Shown: one piece after another, positions 54,101 through 64,000 of the stretch
How the letters are laid out: every line of letters starts with the position of its first letter
How positions within the stretch are numbered: the first letter of the stretch is position 1
From: Somniosus microcephalus
Taxonomy: Eukaryota
Direction: 5' to 3'
Assembly: GCA_052327205.1 (NCBI GenBank)
Contig: JBMRGM010000043.1
Location: 31,806,001-31,870,000 of the forward strand
DNA: 64,000 bases
Program-made: the position numbers and the translations under genes
The notes under the pieces: model-generated
Told to the model about the DNA's origin: nothing
The model's input: only the letters and a program-made list of their open reading frames with translations
Databases searched by the model: none

Positions 54101-57100
54101 TGCAAAGAGTTATTTACATGGATGAGTTCGGTTGATGAATTCAGCTTACAGGTATAAATCTGTGCGAGGGGGAGAATAATAACAGGCACGTGGTTCGGAA
54201 GAGAATGTGAAATCTGCTAGATGATTTGTAATGATTGGTGATATCTTAAAGTTTTCCGTAAGTTCTTTGTGCATTCGTGCTCTGTTTTATTTAATTATTG
54301 ATATAATAAATGCACGTGCGTAACAGTTTTTAATTATTAGCAATGAATATGCTTACTGTCTGAAGATTATTTAAGGAAACCCAAACCATCTCTAGGCAGT
54401 AAACGTGCCATAGTTATTGCACAACTTGCTGAAATATGTCTCTTCCTATTTTATCCAGAGAATTCCTCAAGTGTTTCACAGCCGCAGGGGTAAGTCTGCA
54501 AAATCTTTCTATTAGTCCGTTGTAACTATATCCATGATTTTACTGAAAGCTGAAATTCCTCTTTGGCATGGGTGCAAATTATACGCCCCCAATTGGAACT
54601 GAATATTGGACTGGACGTAGACGGTCGCTAGTTGCACTACAGCCAGTTATGCCTCCGCGTACAAATGGAATTACACCCCATAGTCTCTGATATAGCTCCG
54701 ATGGAGACGGTTGGAGTGTTTAATGGCTAAATATTCTATTTTTTTGTTCTTGCTTTTTAGTTTATCAACAGGTCAGTCAGCCTAACATAGGTATTGGAAA
54801 CAATTATTAGGGAAATAATAAACATTTATTTGGAAAGACATTGTTTAATCAAGGAGATGCAGCATGGATTTGTTAAAGGAAATCATGTGTGACTAACTTG
54901 ATTGAATATTTGATGAGGTAACAGACTTTTGATCAAGATGGTGTTGTAGATGTTGTATATATTGACTTGCGGAAGGCAGTCATCCGAGACTTGTTAAAAA
55001 AGATGTAAACCCATGGGATTAAGAGAAATGGGCTCGGTGACAGGAAGCAGAGAGTGGTGGTGGATGGATATTTCTCAGACGGGGAGGTGGTTTTGCAGTG
55101 GTGTTCCCCAACAGTCATTTTGGGGTCCAGTACTCTTCGCAATTTTAATGACTGACCTAGACAAAGGTGTAGGGAGCAACAGTGTAAATCTGCAGATGAT
55201 ACGTAATTTGGCCAGGTAGTAGATTGTGATGAGGATCCTTGTAGTCTTCAGGGTGACATAGACAGGAATGGTTAAATGGGCAGAAGCATGGCAGCTGGAG
55301 TTCAACCCGGAACTGTGAAGTGATGTAATTTTGGAGAACTAATCTGGAAAGACAATATACAACAATAGCCACGATTTTGAAAAGTGTAGATGAGCCGAAA
55401 TAATTTGGTGTGCATATACACAAATCCTTAAATATGACAAGGCAAGTGGATAAGTTGGTTAAAGAAGCATATGGATCACTTGTTTTTTTTTAAATAGCGA
55501 CTTAGAATGTAAAAGCAAAGAGAACATGCTAGAACTTTATGAATCAGTGTTTAGGGCTCAGCTGGACAATTCATGGTAGCAACTCATCAAGGCTTCTTCG
55601 GCAGCAGCTCCAAAACACGCAAACTCTTCCAACTAGAAGGACAAGGGCAGCAGGGGCATGGGAACACCACCACCTCCAAGTTGCCCTCCAAGACACACAC
55701 AATTCTGACGTAGAAGTATATCGCCGATCCTTCATCGCCGCTGGGTCAAAATCCTGGAACTCCCTCCCTAACAGCACTGTGGGAGTACCTTCACCACACG
55801 GACTGCAGCGGTTCAAGGCGGCGGCTCACCACCACCTTCTCAAGGGCAATTAGGGACGGGAAATAAATGCTGGCCTTGCCAGCGACGCCCACATTCAAAA
55901 TACAAATAAAACCACACTTCAGGAAACATAGTAAGAGGCAAAGAAAGGATACAGAGGATGCTTACAGGATATTACAAGGGATCAGGGACTTTATTTACGA
56001 GCAGTGGTTGGCTAATTAGGACGTGGAACAGAGAAGGTGAGCCATTAGAGATTTTCAAGGGGATGAGAAGTTTTGTTAGTGCAGATAGAGAAACAATATT
56101 CCCTCTTGGTCAATAACTAGAGGTCAAAGATTTAACATCATTGTATAAAGATCTTGAGGGGAGATGTGGAGAAATATTTTTCAATGAGAGAGTTGTCGGG
56201 ATGTAGAATGCTCTACCTGAAAATTTGGTGGAAGCGACTTCCATCAATAACTTTAGCAGTGAGTTGGACGGATCGTTGACTATGAGGACCTTTTTGGGGC
56301 TGCGGACAAAAGCCAGGGATATGGGACTAAGGACGATTGCTCCTTCAAGGCGTTCTACGTTCTGTATATCTACTTCTGAATGTTTCTATGATTCGGTAAC
56401 ATTTCGTTAAAAGTGAACTTTGCGTTGTTGATGCATGAATCCTTAATATCTGAGAACATTTTCGTGCACAGGGTGGCAACTGAAAATAGATCTCTAACCC
56501 CGAGTGAAGAAACATCTGCGACCAATTTCGAGTGTGCAGTTGTGGGATCAGGCCGAAATACTGGTAAGCGTGAACTGACACATGTGAAAAATATGGTAGA
56601 TTGTTCATGGTAACATTGGTTCTGCCGCTAACCCATCATATCTCCGGTGGAATATCGGTAATAATTCAGGGAAACGACCATTTCTGCATGACTTGCGGCA
56701 ATATTCCAATGACGTTGTGACAGGACATGGTGGAAATCACCCATGGACATTGGAGTTTTTCATCTGCAAGCATTCAGCATTCTCTCATGTTAGATTTCCA
56801 TCTTATTGTCTGGGCATTAAGCATCGCATGGGTCGAGCATACGCAGGGAAATAGTTTGGGGCGCTTGACACGGTTCTATTGAACCATGTTAGTGGAAAGA
56901 AAAGCTGGTGGGTTCCGTAAAGGATGTGCCTGCTGCTCCAGCAGACTGAGCAGTCTGCGCTCTTTGCAGGTGACGCTAACTGTTCCTACGCCAAAACAAA
57001 AATCTACCCCTATTCCCTTTTAATTTTGAATTCATTATTTCCTCTACACCTCATTTTTCTTTTTTCTGATGGTAGTGGTTCTCAATCGGCCGGGATTGAT

Positions 57101-60100
57101 AGGTGGCCATCTGGGTGCTAGTCCAAAGGTTTTATCTCGGAACCTGATAATCAGACATAAGGAACAATATCTTGAGTACTAAATTGATTTGGGGAACTGT
57201 CTCCTCCCCACCATTACAAATCAACTTTCCAAGCAAAGGATGTTGGAACTGGTCCTCAGCCCGATATCTGGGTGCCTGGAATGGAGAGAATGAGAGAATG
57301 TGCTTCTCACCATCACCCTGTTTACAAGCAAGCGACTCAGCCCAGCCCTATGGCTTGGGACCAAAACACTTCATGAATTTGCTCACGGGCCGATGGATCA
57401 GCTTGTATTGATCAGGATAATTAGTTGATTAATTTTAATACCAGTAAACACAGCAGTAAATTTCCAATCATGAATTGTAGGTTGTGTCTGGTATCTAAAG
57501 GCTTCCTTAATTAACTGTCATTGACAGTTTCCATTTTTTCTCTCTACAGCTTCTATTTCCAATCAGATAATCTACAGTGTAGTCCAAGACAGGAAATCTA
57601 TGGAAGGTACGTATTCGCCTTGTTACTTGGCTGGAGGGATTTGTATATCTCAAAAGGCTTCATAACTACTGTGAGGGTAGCGACTGTCTTCAGACTGTGA
57701 GAAGTAATCTGGGAAGGGTCTGAATCGATTGATGCATTATAGGACTGGCACCACAATACCAGTATTTGTAAATGACAAAATCACTATAGACACTTTGTAA
57801 GTTCCATCTCTTGGGAGTAGTATCCTTAGAACCTGCACAGAAACTCCCCTGTTCTGGTTTTTAGTTAACTATTGTGTGGAACATCGTAATTGGCCGGACT
57901 CTTAATGTCACCATAAAATGCAATGATGATAACAAATCTTTAATATAACTCGATCGATACAGTTGAAGGCAAATAACGTGTACATTTGGCAAACATAATC
58001 CATTCTTGGAAATTTAAATCAATGCTGTGCAATTAATGGTTATATAACTGATGGGAATGACATGCTCTAATCACATGCACTATATTCATGTTATGGATAC
58101 TGATACGATATTCTCAATTCATTATCGCTGTCAATTAATTTATACCAAGCAATCAGTCAGTCTAGCTCTCTAAATAGGTATCCATGTACCCATCAATATC
58201 TTTCTATCTATGTGTCAATCTATCTTTATATCTATCTTCCAAATATCTATGTATCTTTCTATCTATCACTCAATGTCTTCCTCCCTATATCTCTATATAT
58301 ATCTATCACCTCTCTATCATCTATATATTAATCCATCTTAATGAAGCGTCCTTATTGTCTTGTTTTCTCTTTTTGTTTCTGTTCAGATGATACCGGAACT
58401 GCTGCTCATTTAGTGTATTCGGAGGTCACGATCATAAAGTCACGAGGCTGTGGTAATTTCTGTCAATTGTTCGCAGCTGTTGCTAAGCGAGATGATAATT
58501 ACAGTTCTAGATAATGTTGGGATATTCCTCTGCTTGATATAGTGGGAATGAGGCACATGGACTGTAAACTAAATAGTGGGGGGGGGAGGGTTCAGTTGAA
58601 GGGGAATTTAGAAAGTCAAACAGAAAGGAGGAGGTAATAGTGCAAGGTAGCGATAGGGGTAATGATAACCAGAGATTAACAGGAGGAGACAGAGCATACA
58701 GACATAAACGTGCACCTGCAAATAGTTTCAGTGTAGTTAAAAATGGTATAAAAATAAATAAATGCTCTTTAACTGAATGCACGCAGCATTCATAACAGGA
58801 TAGATGAGTTGCGGGCACAAATCGAAATAAATGGGCATGATCTGATAGCCGTTACAGAGACGGGGTTGCAAGGTGACCAAGGCTGGGAACTGAATATTTA
58901 AGGGTATTTGACATTTTGGAAGAATAGGCAGAAAGCAAAAGGAGTTGGGTAACTCTTTTAATAAAGGATGTGATCAGTGCAGTGGTGAGAAATGATATTG
59001 GCTCAGAATATCAAAATGTAGAATTAATTTTAACGGAGATAAGAAATAGTAAGGGAATTAAATCATTAGTGGGAGCAGTATATAGCACTCCTAACTAGCT
59101 ACACTGTAGGACAGTGTATAAATCAAGAACTAATAGGGGCTTGTAAGTAAGGTACTGCGATAATCATGGGTGATTTTAATATTCATATAGATTGAACAAA
59201 TCTAATTGACAAGGTTAACCTTGAGGACGAGTTCATAGAATGTATTCGGGATGGTTTCTTAGAACAATACGTTGTGGAATCAACCAGGGAGATGGCTATT
59301 TTAAATCTGGTAATGTGTAATGGGGCAGGATTAATTAATGATCTCCTGGTAAAGGATCCTCTTGTGAAGAACGATCATAGCATGATGAATTTCTAATTCA
59401 GATTGAGGGTGAGAAACTTGGGTCTGAAACTTAAATAAATTCAATTCCAAAGGTATGAAGAAAGAGTGGGCTAAAGTAGACTGGGAAAATAGATTAAAGT
59501 GTAAGACGGTAGATAGGCAGCGACAGAAATTTAACGAGATTTTTCATAACTCTCAGCAAAGATTTATTGCAGTGTGAAAGAATGACTCCACGAGAAGGAT
59601 GACCATCCCGGGCTAACTGAGGAATTTAAGCGTGGTATCAAATTGAAAGAAAATGCATAAAATGTTGCAAAGATTCGTAGTAGGTGAGAGGATTGGGAAA
59701 TTTTTGAAAATCAGCAAAGGATGACTAAAAAATTAAAAGAGGTAGAAGATAGATTATGAAAGTAAACTAGCAAAAAATATAAAAAAACAGAGACTAAGAG
59801 CTTCTACAGGTATATTAATGGAAGATAATAGCTAAAGTAAAACTTGGTCCCTTAGATGTTGGGACTGGGGAATTAATAATGGGAAACAGGGAAATGGCAG
59901 AGACATTGAACAAATATTTTGTATTGGTCTTCACGGTGGAAGAAACAAAAAGCATCCCAATGATAATTGATAATCAAGGGGCTATATTCACAATATATAT
60001 CTAAAATTTGGGTGAGGGTCCCAAATGTAATATTTCCAAGTTTGCTAACATCACGAATCTAGGTGGGATTGTGAGTTGTGAGGAGGATGCTAATAGGCTT

Positions 60101-63100
60101 CAAGCTAATTTAGACAAGTTCATTGAGTGGGCAAATACATGGCAGCTACAGTATAACGTGGATAAATCTGAAGTTATCCATTTCAGTACGAAAAACAGAA
60201 AGGCAGAATATTATTTAAATGTTGATAGATTGGGAAATGTTGATGTACAGATGGACTTGGGCGTCCATGTACACCAGTCACTGAAAGCAAACATGCAGGT
60301 GCAGTAAGGAAGGGAAATTGAATTTTGGCCTGCATTGCAAGAGGAGTTGAGTACAGGAGCAAGGATGTACATTTATACAGGGCCTTGATGAGACCTTGGG
60401 AGTACGGTGTGCAGTTTTGTTCTCCTCACCTAAGAAAGGATATACTTACGATAGAGGGAGTGCAGCGAGGGTTCGCCAGACTGATTCCTGGGATGGCAGG
60501 ACTGTCGTCTCAGGAGAGATTGGGCTGACTAAACTTTATTCACGAGAGTTTAAAAGAATGTGAGTGTATCTCATTTAAACGTATAAAATTCTGACAGGGC
60601 TAGACAGACTGGATGCAGGGAGGATGTTTCCCCCGGCTGGTGGGTCTAGAAGGAGTGATCACATTCTCAGGAAGGCGTACATTCAAGGGTCTTAAATGAA
60701 GTGGCTGCAAAGATAATCGATGCATTGGTTGTAATCAACCAAAATTCCCTGGATTCTGGAGAGCTCCCAGCGGCTTGGAAATTCGCAAATTTAACGCTCC
60801 TATTGAAGAAAGGAAAGAGGCAAAAAGCAGGAATCTATTGGCCAGTTAGCCTTACATCTGTCATTGGGAAAATGATGGAATCTATTATTAAGGAATGAAT
60901 AGCAGGACATATAGAAAATCATGATTTTCTATCAGAGTCAACATGGTTTTATGGAAGGTAAATTGTGCTTGACAAATTTACTAGAGTTCTTTGAGGATGT
61001 AACGAGCAGGGTGGATAAAGGGGAACCAGTTGATGTAGTGTATTTGAATTTGCAGAAGACATTCGCTAAGGTGCCACATAAAAGGTTACTGCACAAGATA
61101 AGAGCTCATGGGGTTGGGAGTAATATTTTAGCATGGATAGTGGATTGGCTATCCAACAGAAAACAAAGAGTCGGGATAAATGGGTCATTTTCCGGTTGGC
61201 AAACTGTAACTGGTGGAATGCCACAGGGATCAGTGCTGGGGCCTCAACTATTTACAATCTATATTAATGACCTGGCCAAATTTGCTGATGATACAAAGGT
61301 AGATGAGAAACAAGTTGTAAGGAGGACACAATTAGTTTGCAAAGGGGTATCGATATGTTAAGTGAGCGGGCAGAAATTCGGCACATGCAGTATAATGTGG
61401 GAAAATATGAGATTATCCACTTTGGTAAGAAATCGAATGAAACAAATTATTATTTAAATGGGGAGAGACTACCTAATGCTGCCGTACACAGTGTCCTCGT
61501 ACTTGATACACAAAAGGTTAGCATGCAGGTACAGCAAGTAATTAGGAATGCAAATGGAATGCTGGCCTTTATTGGCAGGGGGTGGAGCATAATAGTAGGG
61601 AAGTCTTGCTACAACTGGAGTATTGCGTGTAGTTCTGGTCCCCTTATTTCAGGCGGGATACACTTGCATTGGAGGCAGTTCAGAGAAGGTTCACTAGGTT
61701 CATTCCTGAGATGAAGGGGTTGTCTAAAGAAGAAATGTTCAGCAGGTTGGGCATTTACGCATTGGAGTTTAGAAGAATGAGAGTTGGTATTATTGAAACA
61801 TATAAGATTCTGAGGGAGCTTGACAGGGTAGATTCAGGGAGGATGTTTCCCCTCGTGGGGGAATCTAGAAGTAGGGGACAAAGTTACAGGATATGGGAGC
61901 GCCCTTTTAAAACGAAGATGAGGAGGAATTTCTTCTCTCAGAGGTTGTGAATCTTTGGAATTGTCTACCCCAGTGAGCTGTGGTGGCGGAGTCATTGATT
62001 GTATTCAAGGCGGAGATAGACATATATTTGAGCTACAGGGGAGTTAAGAGTTTTGAGAAGCAGATGGGAAAGTGGCGATGAGGCCAAGATCAGATCAACC
62101 ATGATCGTATTGAATGGTGGTGCAGGTTCGAGGGGCCGAATGGCCTACTCTTGCTCCTATTTATGTTTCTTATGAAATATCACGTAGATGTTATTAGCAG
62201 GTGTAATTTTAACCTAACTCAGCCTGGTCGAAAAGGGACTGGATCTGGTGAAATGCCTGTTGTCAATCGCACCCAATTTTACTCTCCTACTACAAGGGAG
62301 AGTAAAGTCCATTGGGTGTACACCCACCCCGAAATTGTCCCGATCCCGTCAGTTTACTGCCAGGGTGGGTGATATTAAAATGACCCCGGATTAGGCTGGA
62401 TTCATCTAATTCTATTCATCAACTTCCCCAGATTGTTGCCTTTATAATGCATCTGCTTTATTTACAGATAATGATGATGGCGCCTCAGGAAGGAAACAGG
62501 TAAGTTATCTTTAGAGGGGAAAGATGCTGGTGAGAAATATCGCGACCAATGCGAGTAGATTTCTAACTAATGTTCGCAAAGTAAACTGTCGGCGATCAGT
62601 TTTAGCAATGGCCCGATTGAAACACACTCCCTTATCGAAAAGATATTCGTTTGGATTGTGAAAGGAGCAGCACATTCGCTGTCCACCCGTTATGGTCCCA
62701 CACTGCCCAAAAGCAATTTTAACCCCGATGTCTATTATTCTCTATCATTGGGACAGATATGCTGCTTGCGACTTGGGCTTAAAGAGGGTGATGACGATCT
62801 TTCACACAGAATGGAAAACACACATTTTTAATTTGCAATGATTTGAATTAAAAATAGAATCCGGCGGTTCCAATCGACGCCAGTTTTTAGCCTGGGCCCA
62901 ATTTCTGAAATCTAAATCATTCTGTCTGCAAAGGTCACTGCTAAACTGGCTCCACACCACTAAAGTAGCCCCTGATTAGTAATTTAAATCCAGACCATTA
63001 TTTTAAAATTCAGTTGCCAGTTGTTTACAGAATAATAAAGAACATTGTAGTTTTGTTCCACCGAAAGATCATTGCAAATATGGGTGCAGTAGCTTCGTGG

Positions 63101-64000
63101 TTACATAACTGGATCAATAATCCAGAGGTCTCGACTAATGGTCCGAAGACATCAGTTCAAATCCCAGCACTGGCAGCTGGGGAAAGTAAACTCAGTTAAT
63201 TAAATACATCTGGAATAAATAGCTCATAACAGTAATGGTGACCATGACACACTCTGGTTGTTGTAAAACCCAACTAATGTCCTCAAGGAAGGAAATTGGC
63301 TGTCCTTACCTGGTCTACCCTGTATGTGACTCCAGACTCACTAGCAATGAGGTTGACCCTTAACTGCCCCTAAAATGGCGGAGCAAGCCAATCAATTTTA
63401 CCAAACTGCAAGAAAAGGCATTAACCCTATGGGAACACCTCCCCCTCCAAGTCACACACCATCCTGACTTGGAAGTATATTGCCGTTCCTTCATCACTGC
63501 AGTGTCAAACTCCTGGAACTCCCTCCCTACCAGCACTGTGGGAGCACCTTCACGACACAGACTGCAGCGTTTCAAGAAGGCGGCTCGCCACCATCTTCTC
63601 AAGGGCAATTAGGAATGGGCAATAAATGCTGGCCTTGCCAGCGACGCCCACATCCCGTCCATGAATAAAAAATTATCATCGCTTGTTTAAATTTAGTCGG
63701 TGGTTTATTCATTGCTCGTTTCAATCCAACCATTTTATTTTGATTTTTAACTATAAAAGTAAATTAATAGAGGAATTATAAGTGAAATTGTGTGAGCTCA
63801 GCCAGTTAATTGTCAGTAGTTTTGACCATACTGTAAATCTGGCGATATTGAATTGGCCATCCATTATCCATCTCTCCCGACTTCCCTTCCACTGAAATCA
63901 CCACTGATTCTCTCTCGCCAGCTGTGCACCATCACCTGAGACAATTTCAGCCCCATATTCTTTAATTCCAGGATAACAAGATTGGTCCCAGCGACTATTG
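39094..64000 (+). CDS. Gene 2 (whole model): FCRL/LITR-like inhibitory Ig-superfamily receptor with 6 Ig domains, TM and ITIM tail; 3' end runs off the window
   Basis: 15 exons with GT-AG sites and matching phases: 39094-39124, 42297-42326, 43585-43836, 44848-45108, 46671-46925, 47963-48241, 51478-51756, 52752-53033, 53867-53968, 54459-54489, 56472-56563, 57550-57606, 58387-58452, 62468-62499, 63972 onward. The first 14 total 2049 nt (683 codons) with no stop. Ig exons are phase 1-1 with FCRL-type motifs. Confidence 0.85.
39690..40370. repeat. GA-rich low-complexity tract
   Basis: Expanded counterpart of 10080. Confidence 0.85.
41430..41815 (+). mobile_element. tRNA-derived Deu-type (SacSINE1-like) SINE
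   Basis: A and B boxes, gccgtctttttggatga core, tail similar to 11255. Confidence 0.72.
42297..42326 (+). CDS. Gene 2 leader mini-exon S2, 30 nt ([10 protein letters not shown])
   Basis: ttctctcttgcag acceptor, G|gtatga donor, phase 1-1; conserved at 12078. Confidence 0.85.
43585..43836 (+). CDS. Gene 2 Ig domain 1
   Basis: APGPEV...[11 protein letters not shown]...HWFKN...SGGSYHC...SEPLEVVTI; ttctgcag acceptor, gtaggt donor. Confidence 0.9.
43870..44240 (-). mobile_element. Deu-type SINE, reverse orientation
   Basis: Reverse complement of the same head and tail. Confidence 0.6.
44848..45108 (+). CDS. Gene 2 Ig domain 2
   Basis: [10 protein letters not shown]...GERIILNC...FLWY...DEASYRC; ttttcag acceptor, gttggt donor. 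Confidence 0.9.
46671..46925 (+). CDS. Gene 2 Ig domain 3 (FCR D2-like)
   Basis: [23 protein letters not shown]...VGFYKG...ESGSYHC; tag acceptor, gtatgt donor. Confidence 0.88.
47963..48241 (+). CDS. Gene 2 Ig domain 4 (FCR D3-like)
   Basis: ELFAKPKL...EGDQLKLIC...LQYSFYKNG...DSGTYLCEA...KKKSNEVSI; cag acceptor, gtaagg donor. Confidence 0.92.
48341..50420 (-). mobile_element. CR1 LINE, specific to copy 2
   Basis: ORFs 49730-50233 ([19 protein letters not shown]), 49349-49705 ([15 protein letters not shown]) and 48534-49046. Confidence 0.93.
51478..51756 (+). CDS. Gene 2 Ig domain 5 (FCR D3-like)
   Basis: EAFSNPTL...EGQQLKLAC...FVFYKDG...DSGIYRCEA; tag acceptor, gtgagt donor. Confidence 0.92.
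52752..53033 (+). CDS. Gene 2 Ig domain 6 (membrane-proximal)
   Basis: GASL...[22 protein letters not shown]...GGRYHCVA...SNYINVTIQ; tttcctgtag acceptor, gtaac donor. Confidence 0.88.
53867..53968 (+). CDS. Gene 2 transmembrane exon (uncharged)
   Basis: [34 protein letters not shown]; ttccag acceptor, gtgagc donor. Confidence 0.92.
54459..54489 (+). CDS. Gene 2 cytoplasmic exon 1 ([11 protein letters not shown])
   Basis: atccag acceptor, gtaagt donor, phase 1-2; paralogue at 26652. Confidence 0.82.
54765..56340 (+). mobile_element. Decayed CR1 LINE with a nested insertion
   Basis: QHGFVKG and GVPQ motifs; interrupted at about 55575-55905. Confidence 0.8.
55575..55905 (+). mobile_element. 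L2/CR1-type LINE 3' end
   Basis: [14 protein letters not shown]...[12 protein letters not shown] plus tail ggccttgccagcgacgcccacat; same family at 63430. Confidence 0.75.
56472..56563 (+). CDS. Gene 2 cytoplasmic exon 2
   Basis: [30 protein letters not shown]; cag acceptor, gtaagc donor, phase 2-1; paralogue at 29092. Confidence 0.8.
57550..57606 (+). CDS. Gene 2 cytoplasmic exon 3 with ITIM IIYSVV
   Basis: Polypyrimidine tract plus cag, gtacgt donor; [19 protein letters not shown]. Confidence 0.82.
58387..58452 (+). CDS. Gene 2 cytoplasmic exon 4 with ITIM LVYSEV
   Basis: Long pyrimidine tract plus cag, gtaat donor; [22 protein letters not shown]. Confidence 0.82.
58510..62172 (+). mobile_element. 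Long decayed CR1 LINE (APE and RT) with a second CR1 fragment at about 59985-60675
   Basis: LNARSI...DLIAVTET endonuclease start near 58775; RT ORFs 60701-61950; 3' tail at 62150. Confidence 0.92.
62200..62388. mobile_element. Short palindromic MITE
   Basis: ggtgtaattttaa and ttaaaatgacccc ends, hairpin interior. Confidence 0.55.
62468..62499 (+). CDS. Gene 2 cytoplasmic exon 5 ([11 protein letters not shown])
   Basis: tttacag acceptor, gtaagt donor, phase 1-0, in frame. Confidence 0.7.
63083..63670 (+). mobile_element. SINE-like element followed by an L2/CR1-type 3' end
   Basis: B-box gttcaaatcc; 3' part matches 55680-55895. Confidence 0.65.
63972..64000 (+). CDS. Gene 2 probable next cytoplasmic exon (DNKIGPSDY...), truncated by the window end
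   Basis: ttctttaattccag acceptor; phase 0 matches the previous donor. Confidence 0.5.

Larger units (their letters stand above)
32705..64000. repeat. Tandem segmental duplication, unit 2
   Basis: Starts with the same cctctgtgcctatcacaa sequence as position 9. Confidence 0.9.

Overview
Vertebrate genomic DNA, most likely a shark or other elasmobranch, judged from the repeat content (HE1/V-SINE-like and Deu-type SINEs, CR1 LINEs, Penelope, Harbinger MITEs). The window holds two tandem copies of a roughly 32.7 kb unit (position 1 aligns to about 32705). Each copy carries a plus-strand, multi-exon Ig-superfamily receptor gene of the Fc-receptor-like (FCRL/LITR-like) type, which the ORF track shows only in fragments. 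Copy 2 (39094 to beyond 64000) splices into one open frame of at least 683 codons. It has a split leader (31-nt exon plus 30-nt mini-exon), six Ig domains, an uncharged TM and a long cytoplasmic tail with two ITIMs. Copy 1 (9482-29203) has lost or broken five of the six Ig exons. It keeps an intact leader, one Ig exon, an Arg-containing TM and two tail exons, so it is either a pseudogene or a one-domain activating partner. A third relic with no coding exons lies at about 6500-7950. The rest is transposon-derived, low-complexity or unassigned. Exons were assembled by eye from splice signals, phase and comparison of the two copies; no database search was run.
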